From the human T2T-CHM13v2.0 reference genome, Homo sapiens, in assembly GCF_009914755.1 (NCBI RefSeq), contig NC_060947.1: a stretch of DNA of 64,000 bases. One strand, written 5' to 3'. The translations under genes and the position numbers were made by a program. Below are positions 18,200 through 37,346 of this stretch, in pieces; positions within the stretch are counted from its first letter, which is position 1, and each line of letters starts with the position of its first letter. A model generated the notes under the pieces. That model made no database searches. It was given only the letters and a program-made list of their open reading frames with translations, and was not told the origin of the DNA.

Positions 18200-18640
18200 T
18201 CCAAAATGAGAAAGCTTTTGGCTCATAAAACTAGAAATCCAGAGGCACATGGCTTCAGGGCCAACATAATTCTGTAGCCCTGGTTCCTTTTCCCCACTCT
18301 TCTTTTTGTCCTGGCCTCCTCCCCCAGTTGACTTTACCCTCAAGCTTGAGTGAGATGTCTGCAGCAGTTGAAGACCTCACACCCATGTATGACAACATAT
18401 GGAGTGAGAGAGATCTCTTTCTTAACAATGAGGAAGCTTTCCTCAGAAACCCACTGCAAACTTTCCTTCATCTGTCATTGATATGAATTTAGTCATATGC
18501 CCATTCCCAAGCCAATCCTTGTAGCGAGGTATAGCTGAAAAATCCAGAGACATGGCATCACCAAGATTGGCTCAGACTAATCAGGCTCCACCCACTGGAG
18601 CTGGAAGCAATCCCCAAAACTATACTTACGTTAAACAATG
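18200..18640 (-). mobile_element. Old MLT1 (J/K/L-like) LTR remnant
   Basis: ctttccttcatctgtcattg..gaatttagtcatatgcccattcccaagccaatc ... gattggctcagactaatcag, resembling antisense old MLT1. Confidence 0.55.
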
Positions 18641-20523
18641 TAAGAGGTAAAATGGATGGTGGGATGTCAAACCACAATGGCTACCATCTTAAGCGTAGGA
18701 GATCTGTACTTCTTAATGTTACAGATAATGAAAAATAACCCTACCATAAATAATTGGCCAGTCCCTGAAAGCCAGTTGAAGTTAAGGTCTATCTCAGTGA
18801 CCTCTTTGGAACTATAGTCATATCCGCAGTAACAGGAATGTCACTGCCTGGAAAAACAGGGTCCTTTTCTAAAATGGGCTTTCCCTTCTGGCCAGACTCC
18901 TTGGTCCAGAACTGCAGTTGATAGGATCTTTGGGAGAGGTTTCCTTGGCCTTTTGTTTGAATATTGTGCCCCCTTTATGATTCTATACATGAAAAGGAAA
19001 CCAGCCCTTTCCAGCTATGTCAGGACCCTGATTAATGCCTCAGTAGCAAGCACTACCCAAACCACAGTGAGTCCAGTTCCTTCCTTTCCCAGAAGGAAGC
19101 TAACATGCTCTCCCTTTGTTGCAAGGTGCTGGGTTAGAAAACACCAGCGTTAGTTTCAGAGGGAGGTAAGTAACCCCTAAAATCTGTTCCCCTCCCCACC
19201 TCTCCCTTGTTTTTGTTGAATTTAAAATGAATCAGCTTGAGAATTGAAGACTCACCCAAGCCAAGGTTGAGGATAACACACATTGACATAGGCAAAGCCA
19301 GATTACTTGCAGTGCTCAGTGTGACACTCTGTTCTGGAGGGTATACAATCAAAGGCCTGTGGCCTGAGGTTCAGTTCCCATCATCAGCTTCCTCCTTGAC
19401 CTGTTTTTAATTTTTCAAAACTCCCACCCCTCTTGCAGAATAGTTCCACTTCCTTGTCTGACCTCTGCTTTGTCTCGCTGGGCAGGTTGCCTTGTTCTCC
19501 TTCAGCTGGCCAGGCTGGCTGGCTGCCTCATTGTCCCAAGAGACAGGAAGGCACCCTTTACATCTCTCTGCTGTTGGTCCATTTTTACTGCCTTTCTGGA
19601 GTTAACATCAAGGACTTTAGAAACATCTTGGTAAAGGCAGATGTAGAGGCTAGATAGGATTGTGGTCACCTTGGCCCTCATTTTTCTTGCTGCTTACAGA
19701 GTAGGAAAATTGAATGCTGTTTTTGGACTTGACCCAATACCTCTTCTGTCCAGAAAGCCCATAACTCACTCTCCAATGACTTGTTTGGCTCCACTGGCCA
19801 TATCACGTATCATATATTATAGATGATATATCACAGTCATTGGCAAAGTTAACTGATGCCCAGGCTCCAGTCACAGATCTCAGCGTCGAGACTGCCAGAG
19901 GTAACCATACATTAACATTAGTGAGACATGGTGGGCTGTTAAACCAATCTGCACAATTTGAGGTGAAAGGGTGGAAGTGAATAGACTTCCAAGTCTCTTG
20001 GATTAGTATCAGTATAATTTCTTTTGGACTGTAAATACTTCAGAAGATCGTATTTTCTACATTGCTTGGATTTTGTTTTTCAAATCATGTGAATATTGTT
20101 TACAGAACATTGTGCTCAATGTTCAAGGGGCTACAGGGTTTCACTAAGGGATACAGGCCACATGCTTCAGAAAAAATAAAAACAGCCCAAGGCAGTATAT
20201 GCTAAGAGGAATGGTATAGAGTAGGCAATAAGGGGGACAGAAGCACAGAGGACTTTAACCTTAGTTGATGTGTAACAGCTTAAACTCATTTCTAAGCATT
20301 GCCCTCAGGCCTTCTCATTCAGGACAATGACATACTCTGGGAGAGGTGGGGTGGAACACCACCGACCACCTAGAGTTAAATGAAACCTCTCATTAACCCA
20401 TGGCCAATCGGCACCAAGAGCAGCCTGTTTAGTTGCTTGTTTCCTGTGGCTAACACCTGCCTATCCAGGAGGCCAAAAGAGCATATGCCCAAAAGTTTGT
20501 GTGGCAGCTTGCATTCTGATGGA

Positions 20524-20784
20524 GAAGAGAAGATAAATGAGGAGGGGGTGGGGAAAGTGGTGACCTGACCTCCCTGGGAAACACCCTGCTATATTTCGAG
20601 TTGCCTGGTCACTCAGCTTAATGATTTTAAAAGAAGACATTATTTTGTTCGGTGGCCTGTAGTGAAGTTTGCACTCTGCCAAGGAAGAGAAAATAAATGT
20701 GTGTGGGAGTGGGGAAATTGTAGGGACCTCCTTGGGAAATTATCTGCTAGTCACTCAGCTTATTAATTTTTAAAAGAGACATTA
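20524..20784. repeat. Old local duplication, two ~100-120-bp units (20524-20643, 20684-20784)
   Basis: Both units read gaagaga.ataaatg..gtggggaaa..gacctcc.tgggaaa..ctgcta..gtcactcagctt..ttttaaaag..gacattat. Confidence 0.75.
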
Positions 20785-21227
20785 TGGGATCAGAAAGAGA
20801 ATCCTGGCCTGAGAGTCAGGAAACTTGCTGTGTGGTGGTCCTGTGAGCAGATGCACGGAGAACATCAGCCTCTGGGAACCCCAAAGAGGCATTCATAATG
20901 ATGATAATGCCACAAATATTACAATGTACACCACTTAACACTTTTCAAAGCACTTTTGCATTCACTACCATAAAATCATAGAATATTAAGAGCCAGGAAA
21001 GGACTTCAAAATTATCCAGTATGGCTTCCCACCCTAGACAAGAAGCCCTGTGAGAAAGCCAGTTTAGCAAGTAGCACAATCTCCATTTTATAGAAAAACA
21101 AACAGGATTTAGAGTTTAAGGCCAAGGTGATCCGGTCAGTTAGTGACAAAATTGGCCTTAGATACGCTAATGCCAGGTTCTCTCTGTGCTATCACATGTC
21201 TCTTTTGTTTTTAAAGATACAGGTTCA

Positions 21228-21527
<300 letters not shown>

Positions 21528-22213
21528 GTACTGGTTCTAGTCACCTTCTGGGCCTTACCATGTAAGTTTACATCTAATTGTTCTCGAATTGCTTTAGAAG
21601 CTTCAGATCTGTAAACCCAACTAGAGTACAAATCTTTGAGGGCCAGATTCATATCTGATACCGCTACTGAATCGCCTGTCTTCTCCCCACATCACCAATG
21701 GTAAGGGATCTTGGAAGATATTTAACAAATGCCTGGATGAACAAATTGAAATTCTAAAATTTCTGAGTGACTCCTTATCTCTTAGAGGCATGCCAAATTC
21801 TACTTTCAGCAGTTTTATTCTCATCTTTGAAAACTTAATTTGGTCGTAGCTACTGGTGTTACTCAGGCAGCTTGAATTACTCTGGTATCAGGGTTTAAAT
21901 GGGGGGAACGTCTTGATATTTTACAGCAGATGGATGAAATGACTGGCAAGACAATTACCTAGGTCTGATATTGGCAGGTTGAGGCTCTAACATCTGTTTT
22001 ATTTCTCTTTAAATCCCTAGCTGGAACTATAGAGACTGGAGAAGTCGTATTGTCCCTTACTGGCCACTGGAACATATTGAACAAGACACATTTTGCTTAC
22101 TTTAAATTTTAATGTTAGAAGAAGAGTTCTAATCAGGGTTACTCACTGTCATGGGTTTTTGACACGAATCAGCCTTTTCTAAGAGTGTTAGGCTGCAATG
22201 AAAACAAGAATCA

Positions 22214-22784
<571 letters not shown>

Positions 22785-23793
22785 TTAAATTGCTGCCTAA
22801 TACCTGGATTTTAAAGAAAACTCTGTTCAGTTCATAATTAATTCTTTTCGTGTTATTAACATATAGAAAAATACTAGCTGATCAGTTTCCATTTCTATCT
22901 GCTCATTCCTTTAATTTTTCTCCTTTCCCACAAATAGAAGCTGTATTGCAATAAGCATATCTTGCCCCTGGCCTCCATTCCAAGAACATCTGGAAAGAGT
23001 GTTAGTTAAATAGCAATGGGCTTACACAGTGCTATAATTTTTCTAGCTATAAGGAAGCCCCCACCATCTCCACTCCTATCACCAGAGAGGCGTGGGTGAG
23101 CTACCCGAAAGCTCTTTTGCTTGGAGAACAAGCAATGGAATCTTGCAGATAACCCTAACCAAACACCACCCAGGCAGAAGGGCCCTAACCTGCCTAGTGA
23201 GATTCCTCTAAATACATTTTATACTATCAAGGCTTAAATTCATCAGAAAAAAAAACCAATGGAATTTATCAGAAGATGTTTAAGAGAGAGTAACAGAGCT
23301 GCTGGGATATACTCAAACATAACTTTCTAAGCCTAAATTGCATAATATCCTTTTTCCAGATCCTTTTAGTTTGTTTCTTATTCCAGAAAGAACCTTATAT
23401 GGAATTGCACGCATTTGGCTCAGTACAAATTTGGCCCATGTTGAGCCTCTTAGACTTGGCCCACCACAAACTCATGCTGTCAACCACAGTTTGGTTCCCA
23501 TCACTGCCCAGTTGTTCCTGATATACCGTATGCTGTGAATATCCCAATCTTTCTCCTCGGGTCCCCAAATCTTCTTCCTCTCAACTCTCCCATTTTTAGT
23601 AGATGAGCTTGACAATTCGGTTGCTGAAAACATTTACGCTATGGGTCTGAACTCCCCTAGCTATTGGAGATGTGAGAGCATCTCTCATCAGATGAAGATT
23701 TTTCCTAAATACTAAGTTACTGCCTCCTACTCTGCTCTAGAATTCATCTCTTCCCATTTTCTTACTCCCACATTTATTTTCTCCTTATAGACC

Positions 23794-24428
<635 letters not shown>

Positions 24429-27400
24429 ACCAGGGACCTCTGATTTATTTCCTATCCCATTGGCTCTTCAATCTCATGCAGACAACTGCATCACCATCAA
24501 CAACAACAACAACATCAACAACTGCTCTACAAGTGACCCTCCTACCCTTCCAGCTACCAGTCTCTAGAATGCTGCCAAACTTTTAGAATGAATGCTGCAT
24601 TCCTTTCTTGCTCCTCTGCAATCTGACTTCCGACCTTCTCAACAGAAATAAAGCCACTAAAGACTTTTGGGGCATCTTCTACCATTTTGTTTTCATTCAT
24701 CACCCTCCTAAAAATGTCTCCTCTCTATCCTGTTCCTCCCATCTCTTGTCTCTGGCACACTACCAATGCTGAAGAAGTGTTGGTTAAATAAGACAATAAG
24801 CTTCCCTCCTTGATCATTCACTCCTCCAGGATCTTTCATCCTACATCTCCCTTCTGTTGCAAAAGCCCGGTCCTCTGCTCTTCTTTTGTCAACCCTTCTC
24901 TCATTAGCTCATCTTCTCTCACTTGCCTTTAACTATCTGCTCTGTATAAAAATGGGTCTCAGTTTCACAACTCAAGCTGTCAATTTCTCACTTCCATGAC
25001 TAGCATTACTGGAGAACACCAAGAATAAATGTTTGTATTATTAATGGCTGCTCCCAGTGATGCAAGGAAACCTGCTTTCCAACCCAGTTAATTCCTATGT
25101 CCCTTGCAAAACTGTCAGGGCCAACTCTGTAGAAGTTATCAGTGCTTTCCTGTGAGGCTACATTGTGAGGAGATTTCTGGGCTTGTGAAGAGTTAGGGAC
25201 TCAAGGGGGCAGAAACAAAGGCTGCAAGATGAAAGACATGGGATGGCTCTGGCTAAAGGAACTTTGTCCATATAACAATTCTGCTACAGTCTTTTCTCAG
25301 GACTAGTTTCAAAGTCTCAGGATGATATAGAAGTTCGTTTTTCTTTTCATTTCTTCTTTGTTTGTTTTTTTTTAGAGAGGGAAGTGGGTTAGTAACCTCC
25401 ACATTGCCTCTTCATTGAGAACTACATAATAGCTATAGATTAAAATGAAAAACCCGTCACTTTCAGAAGGGCAATATCATGCAATAAGCCTGCAGCAAAT
25501 TATACCTTGGTGTTACATGAAGGAAGTTGACAGGACAACACTTTCTTCCCCTTCTCAAAATGAATGTAGAAAGTACACTCTAACCTTTACCAGCATATGA
25601 TGTCTATAACTAACATGAAGGAAAGTCAAAACTTTTTTTTCTCCCCTTGGCTTTTTTTTTCTTTCAACAGACACATTGCTCTGCTGATAAGAAAGCTAAG
25701 AAAGTGGGTAGGTAGAAATATACAGCTCATTCAATTAAATGAAAATTAATGTAATGCAGACAACACAGTGCAGGCTGCTTGATTTTGTTACATTTAACTT
25801 AAAGACTACCAGGCCCTGACAAACATCCTTGAAATGTAAATTCAACATTCAAAACCCACAAGTCACACTAAGAGCACTGGGAAACAGGAGAAATACACAC
25901 TGGACAGATGCAGGCAGTCCCAAAGCTCGGTGATCTTTTACAGCTAGAAGGTCAAGGCAGTTATTTCACAGTGATTTGTATGAAAAGAAAAATAAATTGA
26001 AAAGAGGGCATTCATGTATATATGAGATAATTGACATAGCAAAAATAACTCCCAAAGTGAGCATTTACTAGGCAATTTAGGTTAAAATGGTATAAAAGGC
26101 AGATTGTTTGGGCCAGCACATCCGCCTTTCTTGCACTTAAAGATAATTTGTAGATGAAGAAACTGCTCTCTTTAAAAAAAGAAAGAAAAAGAAAATCCTC
26201 CTCCACAAAGCCTCCTTTCCCACAGCCTTCTACCAAACAGATTATGTTGCTAGGTAAACATAAGCTACCAACAATTTCTGTACCAATATATATAGCAAAT
26301 TATACTTCAGAGGAAGCCTGCAAGCTTATGAAACAGATGGCAGATTTGTGTCGTGGCCCGAGAAACAATTGTGTTTTGGTAAAATGAGCCACTGCAAGTC
26401 TCCCTGACATTTTCCTAGCCTAATCGACATTGACTTTTCATGTCACGAAGTTGCATGAAAGAGCGGGATCATGTAGAAAAGCAGATAAGCATCAGAAGCA
26501 ATGGCAAAGATGATGCCCTTTTAGAGCTGGAATCATCAGTTTTAAACTTTGAGTTTAAATATACGATAACAGCAAAAAGTAAACCAACACAGCTCCTAAT
26601 GTATCGCTCAGACCTGCCATCTGGGCTGGAGTCAAATTTAATAAGCCCAACGACATCAACTCTACTTCTCCAGCACTATAACTAATCTTAGGCTGTTTAA
26701 ACAATCAGGGGCGGGAACGAGATGGTATAATCTTCTGTGAACTGGATGTAACTGGAGAATATATCCATGCTTATTTAGATTTTATAAAAAGAAATTTCGG
26801 AGACTTGAGGTCCTTACAGCTCACATTTCTCATCCAAACTAAACTGTTATTTGTTTAATAAGCAACTGGTTCACAACTGGACTTCAACTGTCCCACCACA
26901 TCCTGGAACAAAGTGTTGAATCACACTCAGATCCACACTGACATCTGCAGGTAATTGAAACAGGACTTCTGTGAATTGATTTCTCGACTCGGGAGTCTCA
27001 AACCATTCTCCAGAGTAGTGTGCTAAACCATAAAACTTAAATACCCCGGATGACACAAAATATTTCTTTAAAAAATACTATCAATGTTTAAGTGCTTCCA
27101 TAGACTAAAATATTGCATATAGCATCTGAGTTCCATCACATAGAAAACCCCACAAACACACAGCTGTCTCTGCCTGGCGTAATTATGGTGATTTTTATTT
27201 TCACTTTAAACTTTTTTCTATTTTTCATTACTTTTCATATATTATCCAATGAGCATATGGTACTTTTACAATACGTTATGGCAAGGTTGCTACCTAAATT
27301 TTAACCTCAAACTTTCTGTTGTCCCTATCAATTTATATTCACATTAATCAAAGCTTCAACAAAATCCAGCAGAATATTGTTTTATTGTAATAACTGCTGC

Positions 27401-28379
27401 TATGCAGCACACTTATTTATATAGGCTATCAAAACTCCTAAACATTCACAAGATAGGGAGTAGATTCAAGCTGCTTTAGGCTAATACATGAGATTTTTCT
27501 ATAGTGCCTTTCCACTGAGCAAAATTTTAAAGTAACATTTATTGGATCGATCTATAATTATAGTATTAGAAAAAAATGGAATCTGCTACCAAGAGACTCC
27601 TTTTACAATGACTGTCTAGGGGGAAGCCTATTTTTCTGGGCTTGTAAAAATCAAGTAACTCGCTCAACTTCTGAGGTAAAAGTCAACATAGATGGAAGGC
27701 TTTATTCTATGTGTTGAAAATTAGATGTAATAGAAAAATCCATCAAGGATTTCTAGTGGTAGGAGAAAAAGGGGCAATTTCTTAAGGGCTCATTAACAAA
27801 TTTAATCAACAGGCACTCATAAACAAGCTGTCTTCCAATTTACAAATGTGCTACATTTCGAACATTTATTGTTCTTTTTTTTTTTTTTTTTTTTTTGGTG
27901 CCTACAATGCATTTTCTTGAAGAGACAAGATTACGCTGGTTAGAGTTCCAATTTGATTCACAAAAGTAAAGCTAAAATACTGTAGGTTTGCAATGAAACG
28001 GTAGGAAGCAGTTTTAGCAATAAGATAAATGTTGGAATGACTTTAACAATAAATTATTTTTCAGTTTTCTTATTTTGGTGCATAAGAAAATAATTATAGA
28101 AACATAAGAAAGCAGGCCATTTTAAAGCACTTCAGATGCTAACATCCAATTTATCATGTAAATTTGCAACTTTTCTTATTTTTGATCTAGGCACACATTT
28201 TATGAGCATAGGCCATGCTGAAGGTTTTACTTTAGCTAGCATGTGGAAATTAGATGGAAATTAGGGAGAAAAAATAGGAGAGAGAGTTTGCCATGGAAAG
28301 TGGGCAAGAACTGAAAGAGAAGCGGGGAGAGAGAACTACAGAAAACATAGATTTAGATTCAATTCCTTGCCTCCACGTT

Positions 28380-28675
28380 ACTCATTCATTCATCCAACTA
28401 TTAAGTGGTAGCTCTTATTGGTGAGTATAAGTACTCTGTAGTTTGTTTGTTCATTGATTTGACAAATGTTAATTGAGCATTTACTTTGTGCGTGGAGCTG
28501 GGGATACCAGTGTGAATAAGATAGTCTTGGTCACTATTCTTATACATTTGGTAACTAGTATGGAAGACAGACATTAAACAATCACTGTAATTACAAGTCA
28601 GATAAGTGCCATAAAAGGTGAAGCCCAGGGATATCAAGGAGTGCCTAAATGGGAGAACTTAACCTAACCTGGCAT
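28380..28675 (-). mobile_element. L2 3' end remnant
   Basis: cattgatttgacaaatgttaattgagcatttactttgtg..gctggggataccagtgtgaataagatag. Confidence 0.7.
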
Positions 28676-28699
28676 TGCTCCTCCTCTCCAAATGATCCA

Positions 28700-30050
<1,351 letters not shown>

Positions 30051-30099
30051 GCACGAGTCCAATAATGGTAACAGGTTATACAGATTAATTTTAAAAAAG

Positions 30100-31074
30100 A
30101 ATTTGAAGTGACATGAAAAACAAAAGGGGTCAGCTTCCTTTACAGACGAATGGATAGCTAATAAATGTGGAAGGAACAACAGAATTGGGAAAACGTACCT
30201 TTGCAGCCACTGTGTTAAAAACTGATTCAGATAGGGATTATAATGAATGCTAAAACTATCAGATGAAAATTATTGGGGAACAGAATATTTACATGGTCAT
30301 ACTTTAAAGATATTAATTGAATATTAATTACAAAGGAGGAGAATGTGCCTTTACATGGAGAAATCTGGATTACACTACTTTGGTCAAGTGATCCAACTTG
30401 GCAATAGGACAAATTGACATTGTATACACCTCCTGACGTGAGGCAATGGAAACCACCTATGTGGTATCTTTGCCAAAAGTGTTTAACCTGAATATATTCA
30501 TGAGGGAACAATGTGACAAATCCAAATTTTAGGCCATGATACAAGATAACTGGCCTAGAGTCTTCAAAATGAATATTTCATGAAAGATGAAAAAAGTGGG
30601 AAACTTTTATATGAAAGACTACTAGAGATATGACAAGTACATGAATTTGTATGACCTTTGATCCTGAATTTGGGATCCTTGATTGAAACAAACAAAAAAA
30701 AGCTCTAAATGACATTATTGGGGCAATCGGGAAATTTGAATATGGGCTATGAATAAAATAATATTCTGTCAATCTTAAATTTCTTGGGTGTGCTAACAAA
30801 ATTGTGATTATGTAGGTAAACACCCTTGTTTTTAGGCAATACAGGCTGAAAAAGTGTCTTGATATCTCCAACTTAATGTCAAATGGTTCATAAAATATGT
30901 ATATATATATATGTATGTTCTATGTAGTGTTATATATATGTATACACACAGAGAGAGAACAAATGTGGCAAAATGTAAACAAGTGTTTAATCTTCATGAA
31001 GGGTATATGGGTTTTTATTGTACTATTCTTTCAACTTTTCTGTAGGCTTGACTTCTTTTAAAATAAAAAGTTGC
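30100..31074 (+). mobile_element. L1M 3' UTR fragment
   Basis: aaagctctaaatgacattattggggcaatcgggaaatttgaatatgg ... tactattctttcaacttttctgtagg ... aaaataaaaagtt. Confidence 0.75.
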
Positions 31075-33275
<2,201 letters not shown>

Positions 33276-33321
33276 AAATTATGAACTTCCATTTCTTTTT
33301 TCTTCATTTCTATTTTTAGTT

Positions 33322-33465
33322 TAGTCTCCATACAGACTGTCAAAAAATGCCAACGCCAACTATATTTCAAGCCATCATGGCGGGGTACTGGGAAAAGTTT
33401 TCAATTAGCAATAATCACTCCTCAGATAAACCTCACTGGCTATGATGCTGCCACTGCACAAAACT
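33322..33465 (-). pseudogene. Full-length processed U4 snRNA pseudogene
   Basis: Reverse complement AGTTTTGTGCAGTGGCAGCATCATAGCCAGTGAGGTTTATCTGAGG...GATTATTGCTAATTGAAAACTTTTCCCAGTACCCCGCCATG...TTTTTGACAGTCTGTATGGAGACT aligns end to end with U4 and shows CpG decay. A-rich tail at ~33296-33321; target-site duplication gaacttc(c/t)atttcttt at 33283 and 33466. Confidence 0.95.
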
Positions 33466-33794
33466 GAACTTCTATTTCTTTAGAGTGGAAAAAAAATTAC
33501 AAAATTTTCAGTTTAATTTGGAAGTCACTATCAAACATAATAAATATATATACCTTTTGACCCAGTAATTCCACCCCTAGGAATTTATCTGACATATGTT
33601 CAATGTTATTCATTGCAGCATTGTTAGATAATAGCAAAAGACTGGAAGCAATATGTTTCCTTCAATAGGGGGCTGGCAAAATGAAATAGAATAAAAAACA
33701 AAGAAGCTCTTTGTGGACTAATATGAAGTCATTTCCAAGATACAGTGTTAGGTTAAAAAAAAAAGGTTAAGGTACATAACAATACCTATAGTAT

Positions 33795-34270
33795 TGTATT
33801 TGATAGAATAAATGGCCCCAGCTCTTCCCCTCCCTAAGCCCATACACCCTGCAACGTGACTTTGCAGCTCCTCACATTCCTTGAATCCGGGCTAGCTAGC
33901 CTGTGGCTTGCTTTGGTCGACAGAATAAGACAGTTACGTTGTGCCAGAGCCAAGTCTAGGCCTCCAGAGGCCTTCTGTGCTTCTGTTCTTGTGGAGTCCT
34001 CACACTACGATGAGAACAAGCCCAGACTAGACTGCTTGTGGGTAAGAGACCTCATGGAGTAGAGCTGAACAATCCCAGCTGAAGCCATTCTAGACCAACC
34101 AATCCCCAACTGACCCATCAACTGACCAGCCAAGATGATCTGAGCCTGGCCCTGAATAGCAGATACTCCCAGCTTACCCATAGGCTCATGAGAAAAAATG
34201 AATAATTGTTTTAAGTCACTTAGGTTTTTGAGGGGAAAAGGAGAGGGAGGTCATGTAGTAATCGCTCATA
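33795..34270 (+). mobile_element. MLT1 (F/G/H-like) LTR nested in old L1M sequence
   Basis: cttgaatccgggctagc..tgtggcttgctttggtcgacagaataag ... cccagctgaagccattctagaccaacc ... ttgttttaagtcact. Confidence 0.7.
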
Positions 34271-35044
34271 CAAATATGCTGCCATTTGTGTAAAATTTCA
34301 GGAAAAAAAAAATATATAGATGGATTTGTTTACATATGCAAACTTTCTCCGTAAGAATGCATTAGAAACTGAAAACACAATTGCTCTGGGGGAAAGGAGC
34401 TATGACAGCTAGGGGATGAAAGTGGGAGGCAGACGTTTTGCACCTTTTGAATTCTGAAGCACATTAATGTATTGCCAATGGATGAATGAATAAAACCTGT
34501 TCCTTTTTACTCAAATATTTTCAGAACCCCCAAATCATCCCTGGCCAGGGTTCGGGATCGGGGGGAAGGGAACTCTTAAACGCTATTGACGAGATTATAA
34601 ATTGGTACAATCTTGATGGGGTGGTGGTATGGCTTTAAGCAATGCCTTATAAGGATATGTAAATATATATGCAATGTACACAGTATCTCTGTTAGAACCT
34701 GCCAGAAGCTGGTAACACTGGTTGCTTCTGAGAAAGGATCTGATGGGACTGGAGGTCAAGGGTAAGAGGAAAACTGACTTTTCCCTATATGTCCTTTTTA
34801 TTTGCTATTTGATTTTTTTACACTGAACTTGTCTTACCTTTCCAAAAAGAAAATAATAAAATGCACATGTCCTCTGACCCAGCAATTTATCACTTCTAAG
34901 AATCTCTCCTGAAGAAATACATACAGAAGCGGACAAATTTAAATAAATAACAACATTTACTTGTGTATACTAAAAAATTATAAAGAACCTCAATGATCAT
35001 CATTTGAGGGTTAAATTATGGAATGTTCACACAATTGCTAAAAA

Positions 35045-35525
35045 TGAACCCATAAACAGTCACCTATCTCAGTGCAGAGCATTCGAGAACTTTTGAAGCG
35101 CCCTCTAATGCCCACTTCCAGTCATTCACTCTATGAATGATCACAAACGCAATCAACCCAAGTAACCATCACCCAGGTCCACAGAGAACATTCCAGAACT
35201 CTTGAGGTGCCCCACAATACCTACTTCCAGTCATTCACTCTTTGAATGCTGACAAAGGGAACCTAAGCAAACATCAGTCAGGTCACATAGAACATTCCAG
35301 AACTGTTGAGGCACCCCCCCCCCAATGACCACTTCCAGTCATTCACTCTATGAATGATCACAGACTGAATCAACCCAAGTAACCATCGCCCAGGTCCATA
35401 GAGAACATTCCAGAACTCTTGAGTTGTTCCCTACTGGCTCACTTTCTGCCATTTACTCTCCAGGAATTATCACAAATGAATAAACCCATGTAACCATCAC
35501 CCAGGTCACAGAGAACATTCCCCCA
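35045..35525. repeat. Diverged tandem repeat, ~4.5 copies of a ~110-bp unit, probably derived from an old L1M 3' end
   Basis: cttccagtcattcactct at ~35115, 35225, 35333 and degenerate at ~35443; gaacattccagaact and aaccatcacccaggtc also recur. Confidence 0.85.
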
Positions 35526-35657
35526 GAAGATCCAGTTTGTGATAATTCATCAACCTGTATACTTTTTGTATATACATTACATTTCCATAAAAATTTTAAA
35601 ATATGCATGTGCATCTATTACAAATATGTTCGCCTATGTATAGAAAAAGATAACTAG

Positions 35658-35987
<330 letters not shown>

Positions 35988-36655
35988 ATAATTTGGTACA
36001 CAAATCAAACTATTACATTATAGATGAAAACGCTGAAGGGGGAGTATTTTTTTACTTTGCATACTTCTATGAGGTTTCCACTTTTTGTAACAAGCTTTTC
36101 TCCTCCATAATTCAAAAATAAATAAAAATGAATAAAGATGAAAAACAATAACAGAAATTAAACCACTGCTATGAGATGTTAATTTTGTCTCTGAGGTAGA
36201 AATATACATGGTCAGGATTACAAATCCTAGAATTATTAACCCCTCACCTACAACAGCCACAGCCTCTCTTCCCCTCTTCCTCCCCGCATCCCACAGGTCT
36301 CCGAGGGAGATGGATGCTTACAGGGAAGATTCAAAGAAACACTTCACCAGCTAGGGCTTTCACCCCAGACTACTTCAGTAGTCATGAGGGGAACTAGACT
36401 AAAAATTCCTCTTGCCCAAAGAAGGCAGGCCTCAGTGATCCAGACTAGAAGCTCCTTTCTCTGAGGGCTGCATGCTGACATTAGCTCTGGAGTTCTAATC
36501 ACTTTTTTAGTCAGAAGAGATAGGTAAGCAAACCAGGCCTTAAGTGCTCTTTAGCCCCACTTTACCTCAGCCCCTCATGTTCCCCCCAGAAGCTAAAGGA
36601 GAGAGGTTCCTGACCTGTCTTACCACACCTCACAGGAGAAGAAAAGTGCAGAATA

Positions 36656-37143
<488 letters not shown>

Positions 37144-37346
37144 TTAAGATTTGGGCCATATCTGGCTATGGATCGTTCATACTATCATTTACTCAAGACG
37201 TATTTAAATTAAGTCACTTTTCCTTTACTATACGACCTGCCAAGTTTACTGTAATAAAAAGCTTCCTATCACTATGATAAATGGAACATCAGTATCACAT
37301 GCCACAAACATAAGGTACATATTAGGTATATATTAATAAAGATTAC

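Noticed and set aside
26871-27056. 61-aa ORF in the repeat-free island as a possible pseudogene or micropeptide
   Set aside because: Non-ATG start, no recognisable homology and no flanking retrocopy hallmarks.
36565-36640. Minus-strand donor CTGAG|GTAAAG with possible acceptors upstream (another PLAC1 5' exon?)
   Set aside because: The acceptor is ambiguous (27-nt micro-exon or weak GAG site) and cannot be supported without transcript data.
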